The position numbers and the translations under genes were made by a program. The notes beneath the pieces were generated by a model. It was given only the letters and a program-made list of their open reading frames with translations, did not search any database and had not been told where the DNA came from. DNA of 64,000 nt from Isurus oxyrinchus (taxonomy: Eukaryota): assembly GCA_026770705.1 (NCBI GenBank), contig JANJGN010000003.1, forward strand, positions 204,476,001 through 204,540,000. Reading direction: 5' to 3'. Below, in pieces: positions 11,853 to 23,975 of this stretch (within the stretch, counting starts at the first letter, position 1; the number at the start of each line of letters is the position of its first letter).

Positions 11853-12800
11853 CAGCACAGAAGGAGGCCATTCGGCCTGTCATGTTTGTGTCAGTTCTTC
11901 ATAGGAGAATTTACCTAGTGCCATTCCCCAGCGTTTTCCCCATAGCCCTGAACATTTCTTCCTTTTCAGATAATAATCAAATTCCCTCATGAATGCCTCA
12001 ATTGAATCTGCCCCATCACCTTCTTAGGCAGTGCATTCCCGATCTTAACCACTCACTGCATAAAAAGGTTTTCCCTCAAGTTTCCATTGCTTCGTTCTCT
12101 AATTACCTTAAATTTGAGCCCTTTTGTTCTTGATCCTTCCACTAATGGGAGCAGCTTTTTCCTATCTACTCTGTTTGGACCCCTCATGAATTTAAATATC
12201 TCTATCAAATCTCCTCTCAACCTTGTCTTGGCGAAGCAAAACAGCCTGAAATTCTCCAATCTATCTGCATAATTGAAGTTCCTCATCCCTGGAACCATTT
12301 TCATGAACCTTTGCTGCATTCTCTCGAATGCCTTTAATTCTTTCCTAAAGTGTGATGCCCAGGACTGGACACAAAACTCCAGCTAAGGCTGAACCCAAGT
12401 TCTATACAAGTTTAACATAATCTCCTTGCTTTGCTACTCTAAGTCCCTATTAATAAAACCCAGGATGTTGTATGCTTTAATAACTGTGATCTCAACCTGC
12501 CTTGCCACCTTCAATGACTTATGCACCCCCTTTAAAATTATATCCTTTACTCTATATTGTCTCTCCACATTCTTCCTACCTAAATGAATCACTTCACACT
12601 TCTTTGTGTTAAATTTCATCTGCCACATGTCCACTCATTTTACCAACATACATCCTTTTGAAGCTCTACACTATCCTCTTCATTCATGATGTTTTCAAGT
12701 TTTGTATTGTCTGCAAATTAGGTCATGAATACATATCAGGAAGAGCAAGGGTCATAACACCAACCCTTGGGGAACTTCACTACAAAACTTCCTCCAGGTT
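11853..12800 (-). mobile_element. CR1 LINE 3' fragment
   Basis: WQMKFNTKKCEVIHLG; RLRGDLIEIFK; RTKGLKFK. Confidence 0.9.
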
Positions 12801-13778
12801 CCAAAAAGAAACAAATCAAAGTGAAAACCTTAAGGTTTCAACTCCAGTTTCTCCTGCTGGAAAGTGTATGTGGAAGTTGGCTTGGGCTATGAAGAGCCTA
12901 TATGAACACCTAGGGCTTACAGATGAAAAATAGTCACTGGGTAGGAATTTGGCAAAAAAATAGAAAAATTGGCAAAAAAATTTGCCGGGAATACTCCAAA
13001 ATGGAACTGGGATGTGTTTTATTTCAATTCTGTTTTACATCAAATCACAGTGAAGAAACACTGATGGGAGATAGTGGTTTTCTTGTAATTAGATCATATG
13101 CCAACACACCGCCAACCCTACTTCTGTGTATAAATCTCTATGGGAGTAATTTTGACTGAGGACAGTATTGAATCAGCTGCCCATTGTACACTAATCTCCT
13201 GATTTTCATTCCTAACAACTTCAATGAAAAGGAAAGATCATGAGGGATTTAGCAAATCACGTGTTTTATACTATCTTCCAAAGCCCAAGTTACTGTTTTA
13301 CTTCATGGTCATAATGCCTGCTGTTTTTGCCATGCTGCTGGACCTAACTAGTTCCTTATATCTCTGGATTGATGAATGTGGGGTAAGTAGAAGATATTGA
13401 GTATAATTTTATCTTAATTCATTGAGTTCCTGACATGAATTCTTCAGTTTTTAAAGTTTGTTCAAAGTCACACTGCCCTTATCAACATCATTCACCAGCT
13501 GTTTTAATTCAGGTCTGCCATAATAGAATAGGAGTATAATTGGAGTGTGGGAGTTACCTTACAATGAAGCCTTAGACCTCCCTTGTCCAATGCTTCCCCA
13601 CCATGCTTGATCGTGATCACCACTTTCCCCATACTACTTACCTGAAATGCTGGAGATCGTTCCACTAGCCCCTGGCAATGTCCACCTATTACCCGAATCC
13701 ATGCTCCTGTGGACCAGACAGTGTTTTCTGCTGGTTGGACAAGGAGTTGGGGCCCAGAAGTGAGGCCTAGGAGTTTAT

Positions 13779-13905
13779 GGGCAAAGTTTTCCGCCCCTGC
13801 CCGCTGCTGGGATTGTCCGGTCCCACCGAAGGTCAATGGACTTTTGTCCGGGCCGTCGAGTCTCCCATGACGAGTCCTTCCATGGCGAGGTTGGAAAATC
13901 CTAGC
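13779..13905. mobile_element. Short (about 130 bp) Harbinger-type MITE
   Basis: gggcaaagttttcc...ggaaaatcctagc; internal gtcccacc / gtcaatggactttt shared with 45771 and 55199. Confidence 0.7.
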
Positions 13906-14147
13906 AATAAAGCTTGCATCTAAAAGTTAGAAATCTGGGCTGCTCATTATTTGCTAGATATCTCTAAAACTTTCCAGTGAAAACATTAACCAGATATTCT
14001 TGCTAAATTGTCAACAACTTCTACCACTTCAGGTCAGCATTTAAGATTTCTTATCAAACAGCATGATAACACAATGCTTGTTGTATTCAAGCAATAATTT
14101 TGTTGCCAGCTGGTCACTTGTAATGAGTCTTTAAATAAATTCATAGT

Positions 14148-14357
14148 TGTAATGACTTGATGTACCAGGCAGTTTTTTACTTGAAACAGATAACTTTATT
14201 ACAGAGATCTTTTCAGAAGCTACATACTTGAACCAGGTCCATGACTAAAAAAGCATTTCCCCCCCCACCAGATTACCTGCACTTAGGTCTCATTCATCAG
14301 AACAATCATATGACCCCTAATAGGCAGCAGGAAAAGGCTATACCTTCAATCACTACA
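14148..14357 (-). repeat. 3' LTR
   Basis: tgtaatgact...cactaca, direct repeat of 19166-19363; minus-strand polypurine tract taaaggagcaggaaa adjacent at 14358-14372. Confidence 0.95.
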
Positions 14358-14439
14358 TTTCCTGCTCCTTTAGTTTTTTGTTACACTTCCTATTTACAAA
14401 GAACACTTTAATCCACAACATATACATATGTACAGGTCA

Positions 14440-17400
14440 GGTGATTAAAGATCACGCCTCTGAGGTGTTTTTCTTATTCGGTTAGAGCGGTGTAACTCTA
14501 CCACTTGAGGTTCTCCCACTGGATCAGCATGATCAGGAACTGCAACATCAGGTACATTCTTAAAAAGTGGCAGTTCAGAGTTAGACAACTCTGCAGAGAC
14601 GTGTCTGGTATGTCTATTCTAGATCAATCTGTCACCTCAGGGATTAATAGTTTCCCGTTAATCACAGGCGGAATAGCTAGTTGTTGGAATGTCTATTCCT
14701 AAAATACTCCACATGTTTTTGAAAAATTCTGTCTTCCACTTCCACCTGGAAGGACAAAGGACCAGTTTCTGAGACAATTGTACCAGGAACACAACAAGGT
14801 CCACTTTCAAAATTCCACACTAAAATTGTATCTCCTGCAGTAAGACTTCGAGCTTTGCTATGAATATCATGGTTCCATTTTTGATTACTCTGATTCTTCT
14901 CTACCTTCCCCTCTAAGTTTGGAAACACCTGACTTAACCTTGTTTGTAAGTGGCATTTCATCAATAATTCAAATGGCATTGAGCCCATAGTTGAATGAGT
15001 TGAATGTAGTCATACGATAATTGAGAACAAAGTGGGAAAGTTGAGTTTTTAGAGTACCTTTGGACAACCTCTTCATTCCTGAATTGAAAGTTTACACTGC
15101 TCTTTCAGCTAACCCATTTGATGAGGGATGATATGGTGCTGTTTTAATGGGCAACATTTTCCTCCCATCGGGGTGGGGATGTGCGGGAGCGGGTGCGGGG
15201 GGTGGACGGGTTCCTAGTCGGCGCCCCCCAGTTGGGGGGCGCACCATCATTTTACATGGGCAGGCCAATTAAGGCCTGTCCAGCATGACATCCACCAGGA
15301 AGCATTATGTGCTCCCTGTGTAGGTGGAGGGGATTCCCTGAGCCGGGAGTGTGTGCATGCCGACGAAAGAACGCACAGATCTCCCTGAGTCAAAGTGCTG
15401 CCTCAGGGATATTGGCTCAGGTTTGAAACATTAAATAAAGATGAGAAAGAAAGTTACTGACATGTCCCCTCATGTGCCACTGTCACATGAGGTGGGATAT
15501 GTCAATTTCTTTTATTTAGAGATTTTATACAAATTTTAATAACCTCATGAAACTCATCCCGCCCATGGATGAGGTTTCATGTTTCTTCAGAAGCCCGCCT
15601 GGGCTCCCGGCCTACCCGCCAACCTTAAGGTCGGACAGGCAGGTCCATTAATCATGTTAATTACTTTTTTAATGGCCTCAATAGGCCATTGACAGTTCTG
15701 AAAATCTAAATGATGTGGGGTGATGTTGGGACGCACACCCGACGTATCCCCGTGTCATCTTACGCGTCGGCGAGTGGGCCCCGCCTCCCCCTCCCCCCAC
15801 GCCAACTGGAAGATAGAGCCCAATATGTTTGATTCCAAATAAACGCATGAATCTCTGAAATTTTGTACCATTACCTAAAACAATGACTTCCAGTAGGCCA
15901 TGTATACTAAAACATTGATGCAGCTTTTCAATAGTTGCACTCGATGTCGGTGATCTAACTTCATACATATCCATCCACTTAGAATGTGAATCTATAATCA
16001 ATAAAAACACCGGTACCTAAGAACAGACCTACATAATCAATATGTAGTCTAACCCAAGATCGACCAGGCCACTCCCACAGATGCAGTGGAGCTGAAACAG
16101 GCAATATCTGTTGTTGCTGACACTGGAGGCAGAGTTTGACCATGCTTTCAATATCACTGTCTATGCCTGGCCACCAGACATAGCTTCGCGCAAGCATTTT
16201 CATCTTCAATATGCCTGGATGTGCACTGTGAATCTCTGTCAAGAGTGGTTCTCTTCCTTGCGAAGGGACAACGACTCTTGATCCCCACAACAAGATTCCA
16301 TCTTGACAACTTAACTCTGCTTTTCAAGCACAGAATGATCTCATCTCTTCAAGAATGATCTCATCTCTTCAGACACTGGTGAATTTGACTACTCTTGCAA
16401 TACAAGGTCTCGGACTTATGACAAGATTGTATCTCTGTCCATCCAATTCCTCATTTGCTTCCCACACACAGGCAAAGAGTCCAAGAAATTCAGTACAAGC
16501 ACAACTTCTCTTGGCACTGGAGCATGTACAATGCTATCTGGTAACAGGAGACAACTGAGTGCATCCACATTTGCAATATGCAAGCCAGGATGGTTCTTAA
16601 CGGTTTACTCATATATAGTATCAAAGCCCAGCGTGTAATTCTTGCTGAGGCTATTGGCAGAATGGTTTTTTCCTCACTGAATAAACCCATTAATGGTTTA
16701 TGGTCCGACACTATGGTGAAATGTTGTCTATGCAGATACTGGTGGAATTTCTTAACTCCAAATATTACTGATAAACCTTTCTTTTCTAGTTGTGAATAAC
16801 CCTTCTCAGCTGCAGAGAGGGTTTGGGAGACATAGCCGATTAGCCTTTCAGAACCATCTTCCACCCTGTGTGAGTACACAGCTCCCACACCATAAGGAGA
16901 TGCATATGTTAATATTAATATTAATTCTTTTGATGAGTCATAATATACCAGTACACATGATGGATGTAATAGCTTCTTAACTTTCACAAAGGCTGCTTCT
17001 TGTTGTGAATTCCATGGCCAATGTTGATTCTTCTTTAATAACAAGTGTAAAGGTGCCAACATGTTGGCAAGTTTGATAAGAAACGGCTATAATAATTGAT
17101 CATGCCCAAAAAGGACAAGTTCAGTTGCACTGGATGGAGAGGGTGCCTTTTTGGATGCTGTAGCCTTCTACTCTACTGGATGCAACCCCATGTCATCCAC
17201 TCGGTGACCCAGGTAAGTAACTTCTGGCACTTGGAATGTGAATTTCTCTTTCTTTAATCATACACCAGCTGCTAAGAATCTTCTTAAAACCTCTTCCAGA
17301 TTGGCCAAATGCTTGGCTTCCATTGACCCTGCGATCAGAACATCATCTAGGTATACTGCTACTCGGGGATGTCTGAGCAAAAGATTTCCCATGGTTCTTT

Positions 17401-18200
17401 GGAAGATTGCACATACAGATGACACAGGCTGTTGTACATGTTGATGGTTACATACCTCTAAGTGTGCTATCCAGCTCTATCTGTTGGTATGCATGGCTCA
17501 TGTCCAGTTTGGTATAGGATTTGCCTCCAGCTAGCTTTACGTACAAGTCGTCTATCCTCAGGATAGGATATTTATCTGGTTTAGCTGCCTTGTTCATGGT
17601 CATTTTGTAGCCCCCACAAACACGTATAGTTTGGTTGGGTTTTAATACAGGGACTATGGGCACTGCCCATTCTAAAAATTGGACTGGCTGGATGATGCCT
17701 AGTTTCTCTAAACAGCACAATTCTACATCCGCCTTCTCCTTTAGGGCATAAGACACAGGTCTGGCCTTAAAGAAATGGTGTGTCACCTGAGAATCTATAT
17801 ATATTTTTGCTTGTAAGCCATTTAACTTTCTCAATTAATCACAAAATACACTGTTGTATTTCCTTAGCTGCTCAGGAACTCCTTCTGTTCTCACTTGAAA
17901 TATTTCAAACCAGTTGAATTTGATTTTTTGTAACCATTCTCGGCCCAGAAGGTCCTTCACCTGTCACAATGATCACTGGAAGCTAGGCTGTCTGTTGCCT
18001 ATAGAACACAGGTACTGTTGCGACACCCTTTACCTTTGTTGATTCTCCAGTGGGTGCCTTCAATTGAGCTGTGGTTCACTCCAGATTCAGTGGCTGGGTA
18101 CATTCATTTAGATATTTAAATGTGTGGTCTCCCACCACTGTGGTTGAGGCTCCCAAATCTACCTCATTGAATTGTGATGGTTATTTGTTCAGATTTTACT
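14440..18200 (-). pseudogene. Gypsy pol (protease, RT, RNase H, integrase)
   Basis: EVDLGASTTV; WAVPIVPVLKP, YPILRIDDL, TKLDMSHAYQQ, VYLDDV; ASPYGVGAV, YSQLEKKGL, SDHKPL; HSAHPG...CLQCQ, RLHIDY, IIDSHSKW, APYHPSSNGLAERAV; many frameshifts. Confidence 0.95.
15149..15821. mobile_element. Harbinger-derived MITE inserted in the Gypsy integrase
   Basis: gggcaacattttc / gaagatagagccc; perfect AAT TSD; splits GIKHI|KTAPYHP; arms similar to Harbinger copy 1/2 ends. Confidence 0.9.
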
Positions 18201-18279
18201 GCTTTGACATTTTACAGGCAGCTTCAGGTTCTGTTATATCATTCACTTCAATCATTTTGGTCTGCTGCCTTATGGGCTG

Positions 18280-19063
18280 TCTCAATTTTGCCCTGCATTG
18301 CTTTATTAAGTGCCTTTTCTTATTGCAGTAATGGCATTCTGCCTCCTTGAATCTGCAGGTGTCTGGTCTGTGGTTATCTCCACGTCTATAACATTAACGT
18401 CAGAGTCGCTGCTGAAATGCTTCCACTAGGCCTTTCCATTTTTCAAGCAGCAGACTGCCTCTCACTTTGCTGCTGTGTCTCTGGTTTTTCTGCGACGCCT
18501 GGCAGTAGGTTCTCGCCCCACCTGAAGAACAGTACCATGTTCCACATTCTGTAAAGCCTGTGAGTCCCTTGCAGCACTTTTCATGACTAGAGTTATTTCC
18601 ATGGTGCGCTTCAAATCGATGTTGACTTCTGCAAGTAAACAGAGCTGAATGGCACCATTGTGAATTCCACAAACTAATCGGTCCCGCAACATACCATTGT
18701 GTGTGTCTCTGAAGTCGCAATGCTCAATCAACTGCTTTACCTTAACTACATAGGTTGTGATGGACTCTTCCGGGGCCTTTACTCTGGAGTTAAACTTAAC
18801 TCTCTGCATTACAGATAGCTTTGGCTGAAAATATGTCTTTGTGAGGTCTATCAATTTATTTCAAGATTCAGAATTGGGCACTTTCGGGACCATCAGACTG
18901 CAATGAGGTTATATGTCTTGCTACCACAGACTCTCAAAAGAATTGCTTTCTGCTTCTTCACTGCAATTTTGTTCGCCATGAAATAAAAACCATGGTGCTT
19001 TAAAGACTGGCTCCAGTCTTCCATAGGCGCATCATAAGAGTCAATTCTGCCAAAGAGTGGCAT
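18280..19063 (-). pseudogene. Gypsy gag
   Basis: MPLFGRIDSYD; LRDRLVCGI; double zinc knuckle CY..GDNH...C / CHYCNKKRHLIKQC. Confidence 0.9.
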
Positions 19064-19145
19064 GATTGGTGAGTATACTTTTCTTTTTTTCTTAAGAACT
19101 CTTGTACTCACATTCGGTGCAGTGCAGAGGTGCAATGTCGGAGCT

Positions 19146-19163
19146 ATCCCATCTTCGCCACCA
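19146..19163 (-). promoter_or_regulatory. Primer binding site (tRNA-Leu-like)
   Basis: TGGTGGCGAAGATGGGAT begins 2 nt inside the 5' LTR boundary. Confidence 0.65.
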
Positions 19164-19165
19164 AA

Positions 19166-19363
19166 TGTAATGACTTTACGTACGGACGGGTTTCCACTTG
19201 AAACAGATAACTTTATTACAGAGAGCTCTTTCAGAAGCTACATGCTTGAACCAGGTCCACAACTAGAAAAGCACAGCCCCCCCTGCACTTAGGGCTTATT
19301 CACCAGAACAATCACGTTACCCCTAATAGGCAGTAGGAAAAGACTATACCTTCAATCACTACA
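19166..19363 (-). repeat. 5' LTR
   Basis: Direct repeat of 14148-14357 with substitutions and an indel; AATAAA on the minus strand. Confidence 0.95.
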
Positions 19364-19497
19364 ATAATAGTCTGACGTCTTGACCCAAAACCAATCAGGG
19401 GACTAAATTTAAACTCTACTGTTTAAGAACCCGAGAGGCAAATCTGTGGCCTTATATGTTGTGTTCCACTATTCAATTGTTCAGTGTTTGATTGTGT

Positions 19498-20734
19498 GAC
19501 CAGAATTTTCCAGTCCCATTGGCATCGGGCATCATGGCAATTGGGGGGGACAATATGGCAAGAAGGCCAAAAATCAGTTTCGCGAAAATAGTTTGTGATC
19601 ATCCGCTCCACCCGTCAATCGCGGGACCTGTTTCCCACCACCACACAATGGGAGTCAAATTTCAATATTTTAGCATCTCATTATAAACCCAGAATCATCC
19701 CCCCATGCTGGATGATCAGGGCACATCAGCATGCAGTCATGCCAACGTGTTTCACCACAGCACATAAGTAATGTGCACCTGGAGAGCTGCACTTTGTTCA
19801 GGACTTTGAGATTTGTTTGCCTACCTTGCTTCGGGCAGCACTCGCAGTTATCAGCGCCAGGCTTCGCAGACAGCACCACATCACTTTTTGGGAGGCTCAC
19901 AGGCAGATCTCTACCTACCAGACCAGCTGTAAGGGGGAGGGGGTGGCTTTTCAACGTCTGCAGGGCTAGGTCCTGCTTGGGGAATGTGGCAAAGTGGCCT
20001 TAGGCAAGGGAAGAGGCTGCAGGGCAAGGGCTGCACTGTGATGGAGGGTATCTCAGGGTGTGCGGGGGTTGTTCTGTGCAAGTGGCCTCAGATGGTGAGG
20101 ACTGAGGAGGCAGTGTCCAAAGGAGGTGAGGCCAGATGGAGAGGTGAGGCTTCGTGTGAGAAATGGTGGTGATGTCTCTTCGACTAGCAGTGAGTGAGAT
20201 GCCAGTGAATGTATGATGGGCTTGAGTGTGTGAGTTTAGAGTGATGAGATGGTTTCCATATCCTGGCCACACAGATGAGATCATTCATCCTCAACTGCAT
20301 TGGATGGCCAACCTCTTCTGTGCAGTGTTGGCACTGACCACCCCTGCCATCGCCCACCAAGCCAGAGTTGTAATGAGACCAGAGCGTGGGTGGAGGACAT
20401 CACAGCAGGCCTACATGACGTCCAAAAGCTCTCAAGGCCTGCAGTTTTGTTGCCTTTCGAGGCCCTGTCTTCTTTGCTGCAGTCCTGAGCTGGAAGCACT
20501 GAGCGCAGCTGTACTTCAAATGTGGTGCCTGGCCGGATGAAGCAGCGAGGTGATGGTGTCACAGGCGAATCAGAGCCCACCCGCCATTTAAATGGTGTGT
20601 TTCTCAGGAATGCATAACTAACGCGTCAGGTTTGGGATGATACGGCGTGAAAAGCTGCCCTTGTAGCCAGTGGGTGAAATGTTGTTTTACTCGCCTGCTA
20701 CTGCACTTAGTGCAAATCTGGGGTGATTCTGCCC
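19498..20734 (-). mobile_element. 1.2-kb non-autonomous Harbinger retaining Myb exon 1 (copy A)
   Basis: Termini gaccagaattttcc / ggtgattctgccc; degenerate W...VVSANTAQKR.AIQC..RMNDLI on minus; colinear with 42210-43448. Confidence 0.8.
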
Positions 20735-21003
20735 AGGGATTCTATTCTTCGTGCCTCATAAAATGGTGCACTTGAATTTCTAACCCATTCTGTGCAATGA
20801 AAACGTTTTTACAATCAGCTCCAGTACATTATAGTCACTACAGTATTTAGGAATAGCATTTCAGCCATTAAGTCCATCATGCCTGTGATTCCCAGTTTGA
20901 AAGGGCTATTGATTTAGTCCCATTCCTCTGGTCTTACTTCATAACCTTGTGATGGTTGGACAATCTTGCTTATTTAACAGTGTGTGCATAGTAGGGATTA
21001 TAT

Positions 21004-21653
21004 GGCAGGAATTTTACATCCTGTGGGCTTGACATAATGTTGGGCGAGCGTCCTGATGTCATCACGCACGCCCACGATATTATGCTCGGTGGGCGTGCAC
21101 AGAAATCGGTAGAGCGCCCGCTGACAATTAAGCCCATTAACGGCTCATTTGAAATCGATTTTTCGTAGCCCATCCGACTTTATGATTTGCAGGCGGGCCA
21201 ATCGGCCAGGCGGGCTTTTCAATTTTGATGAACCCGCAAGCAAGGGTGGGATGAAATCTCCGTTCGGATTTAAAATAAAAAGAAATATCTGGGGACTTTT
21301 TTTTTAAATGAGGTACGCTTTCAGGTACTTCATTGTGCTGCATGAACATGTTTTACAACATTTATGTGCTTTATTGCATTATTTGGAGGTCTGCAGCTCC
21401 CTGAGGCAGCTGCCTGCCTTCAGGGAGCTCAGTGGAAGCGCTCACCAGCACCCAGGGTGATCTCAGCGCCTGCCCGTTCCCATCCCTAAAGGCAGTGCTG
21501 AGCCTTTCTCCGGGCGCGTTTCACGCTGGCTGGCCGTTAATTGGCCAGCCAGCATAAGATCGTGTTCACAGCACGATCTCAGCCAGGAGCAGGTTTTATA
21601 TCTGCTTCCGGCGGCGCCGAGTTTGGGTGCGCCCCAAGAGTAAAATTCAGGCC
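21004..21653. mobile_element. Harbinger-derived MITE
   Basis: ggcaggaattttac / gtaaaattcaggcc; both arms resemble Harbinger copy 1/2 ends. Confidence 0.85.
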
Positions 21654-21964
21654 CGGAGTTTTACTTTATATCCAAGGAAACATTTTTTCAGTGTTTGACA
21701 AGCACTGGTTAAAAAAAAGACTGTTAATGTTATGCATTTTTCTGAGCTTTCGATGCCCGCAACTATGATCAAGCCTCTCTACCTGTCAAAAACAATGAAG
21801 CCAGATGCCTTAAAATGTTTGAAACTAACCCAAAGGCAAAACTATAGGGATGGCTCAATTGTATATCAAGCTGGCTACTTTTAAAATTGCCCCGTTGAGA
21901 TGTGTTCGTGATATGACTCATGCCCGCAACACAAGCTCACAATTTGTGAATAAACTATAAAAAA

Positions 21965-22362
21965 GGCAGTGATAGAACTTGATAGAAGTTTTCAAAATCA
22001 TGAGGGGTCTGGACAGAGTAGAGAGGGAGAAACTGTTCCTGTTTGTAAATGGATCGTGAACCAGAGGGCACAGTTTTAAAGCATTTTGCAAAAGAAGCAA
22101 ATATGAGGTGGGAATAAACCATTTTCACATGGTGAGTAGTTAGGGTTTGGAATGCACTGCCTGGAAGTGTGGTGGAGGCAGGTTCAATTGAGGCATTCGA
22201 GAGGGCATTGGATGATTATTGAAATAGAAACAATGTGACAATGTGCAGGGTTATGGGGAAAAGGCAGGAGTTTGGTACTACTTCAAAATGCTCAGGTAGC
22301 CAGTGCAAACATGATGAACTGAATGGCCTCTTACACCATAACAATTCTGTGATTCTGTGATA
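21965..22362 (+). mobile_element. CR1 3' fragment
   Basis: LIEVFKIMRGLDRV; tail attctgtgattctgtgat. Confidence 0.85.
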
Positions 22363-22765
22363 TAAACCTCACATTGCATTGAATAATGCTCAGTATTTAA
22401 TATAATAGTTACCTTTATATGGTATCTTCCTTTGTCGAATCTTCACAAAGTACTTCATAAAATGATTCATAGAAAGACTTGCATTTAAAATGTGCCTTTC
22501 ATGACGTCCAAACATTCCAAAGTGGTTCACAGCCAATGAAATACTTTTGAAGTGTAGCTACTATTATAATGTAGGAAACACGGTAACCTAGTTGCACATA
22601 GCAAAAGTCCAACAAACCGCAATCAGATAATGACCAGATTATCTGTTTTTAGGTGTTTGTTAAGTCATTAATATTCACCAGGTCAACAAGGAGAATTCAC
22701 CTGTTCTCCCTCAAATAATGTCATGGGATCATTTATGCTTACCTGAAATGGCAGCTATAGTCTTG

Positions 22766-23871
22766 GGGCTGGATTCTACCAGCCTGCTGGGGGTGGGGAA
22801 GCCTGTGAAATAGTGAGGGAAGGTGGCAGGTGGTGTCCATTGTCTTCCGACCACAATGCCATCTTGCCAGTACAGGGAAGGTGACAGGCAACCCTGCAGT
22901 CCAGAGTCCAATTGAAGGGCTTAAGTAGCCAGTTAAGGACTTCTTCCTATCTCCCCTGGCATTTAACCAGTGACAGGGAAGGGACAGCTGAAATATGCCT
23001 TTAAAGGAAAGCAGCACACCATCACTAGAAGGGAAGTGCATCATGTGATCCCGTCTCAGTTTCACTTTGGCCTGTGAGCAGAACGTAGCACATATAGCCC
23101 AGTTGCTGATGTCTCCAATTTTTCTAGCTTTGTATGAATGTTCTCATGTGCCTAGGCTAAGTAAGTGAACACACAGGGTGTTTGCACAAACCCTTATGAG
23201 TGATTGGGGCCTTTATATCATTATAACAACACACCAGGGTCCTTCACCAAGTGGGGAGACCTCTTGGCAAGTTAGGTGGAGCGGGGTCTTCCATTTCAGG
23301 CATTATTTGGCAATTGCTGCTCCAAGGCAATTTTGATACCTGCCCTCACCAACAGCCCCTCCCCACCCCTGCTGGGGCCAGCCAGACTAGCCCCAGTGCC
23401 CCCAGACTGCACCTACCTGGTTGTGAGGTTGTATGGCCCTCACTGCACCTTCCTCCTCCAGGTGCTGCCCCTGCACTGACCACCACTCCCAGTGGTGCTG
23501 CTTGAGTTTGCCAGCTAGCTGATTGAACGCTGCTCTTAGGGGTGGGTGGACATCCATATTTAGCTGCCGCTGACATGATGCAACCCACCGGGAAGGGAGA
23601 AACAGTTTGGACCAGTATTCTTATTCCCCAGTTTTTACTGGTGTTCCCTTATAAGGCATACAAGACCAGTTCAGGCCAGTATTCTACTTTCCCAGTTTTT
23701 ACTGATGTTCCATTATAAGATATACAAGACCAGTTCAGACTAGTATTCTTCTTTCCCAATTTTTACTGTTTTTTCCCTTCTGGGTCAGGTCCCACTGACT
23801 GCCAAAGTAGGTTTGCTCCCCTCTTTCAAGCCTGCCAGCTGGATCCCTGCTGCCAGCACTAAATCCAGCCC
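22766..23871. mobile_element. Harbinger-type MITE
   Basis: gggctggatt / aatccagccc TIR; perfect TTG TSD. Confidence 0.88.
23610..23768. repeat. 64-bp minisatellite, about 2.5 copies
   Basis: ccagtattc recurs at 23612, 23676 and 23740. Confidence 0.9.
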
Positions 23872-23880
23872 TTGGTTTCA

Positions 23881-23975
23881 GTCGAAGGGTCATGAGGACT
23901 CGAAACGTCAACTCTTTTCTTCTCCGCCGATGCTGCCAGACCTGCTGAGTTTTTCCAGGTAATTCTGTTTTTGTT
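23881..23975 (+). mobile_element. Young single-arm Penelope-end insertion
   Basis: Essentially identical to 4953-5034; 9-bp TSD ttggtttca at 23872-23880 and 23976-23984. Confidence 0.88.

Larger units (their letters stand above)
14148..19363 (-). mobile_element. Full-length, degenerate Ty3/Gypsy LTR retrotransposon
   Basis: Paired LTRs with TG...CA ends, PBS, PPT, gag-PR-RT-RH-IN order, 5-bp TSD atagt/ataat. Confidence 0.95.

Noticed and set aside
23610-23768. CRISPR-like array
   Set aside because: Whole units repeat with no unique spacers, in a eukaryotic context with no cas genes.
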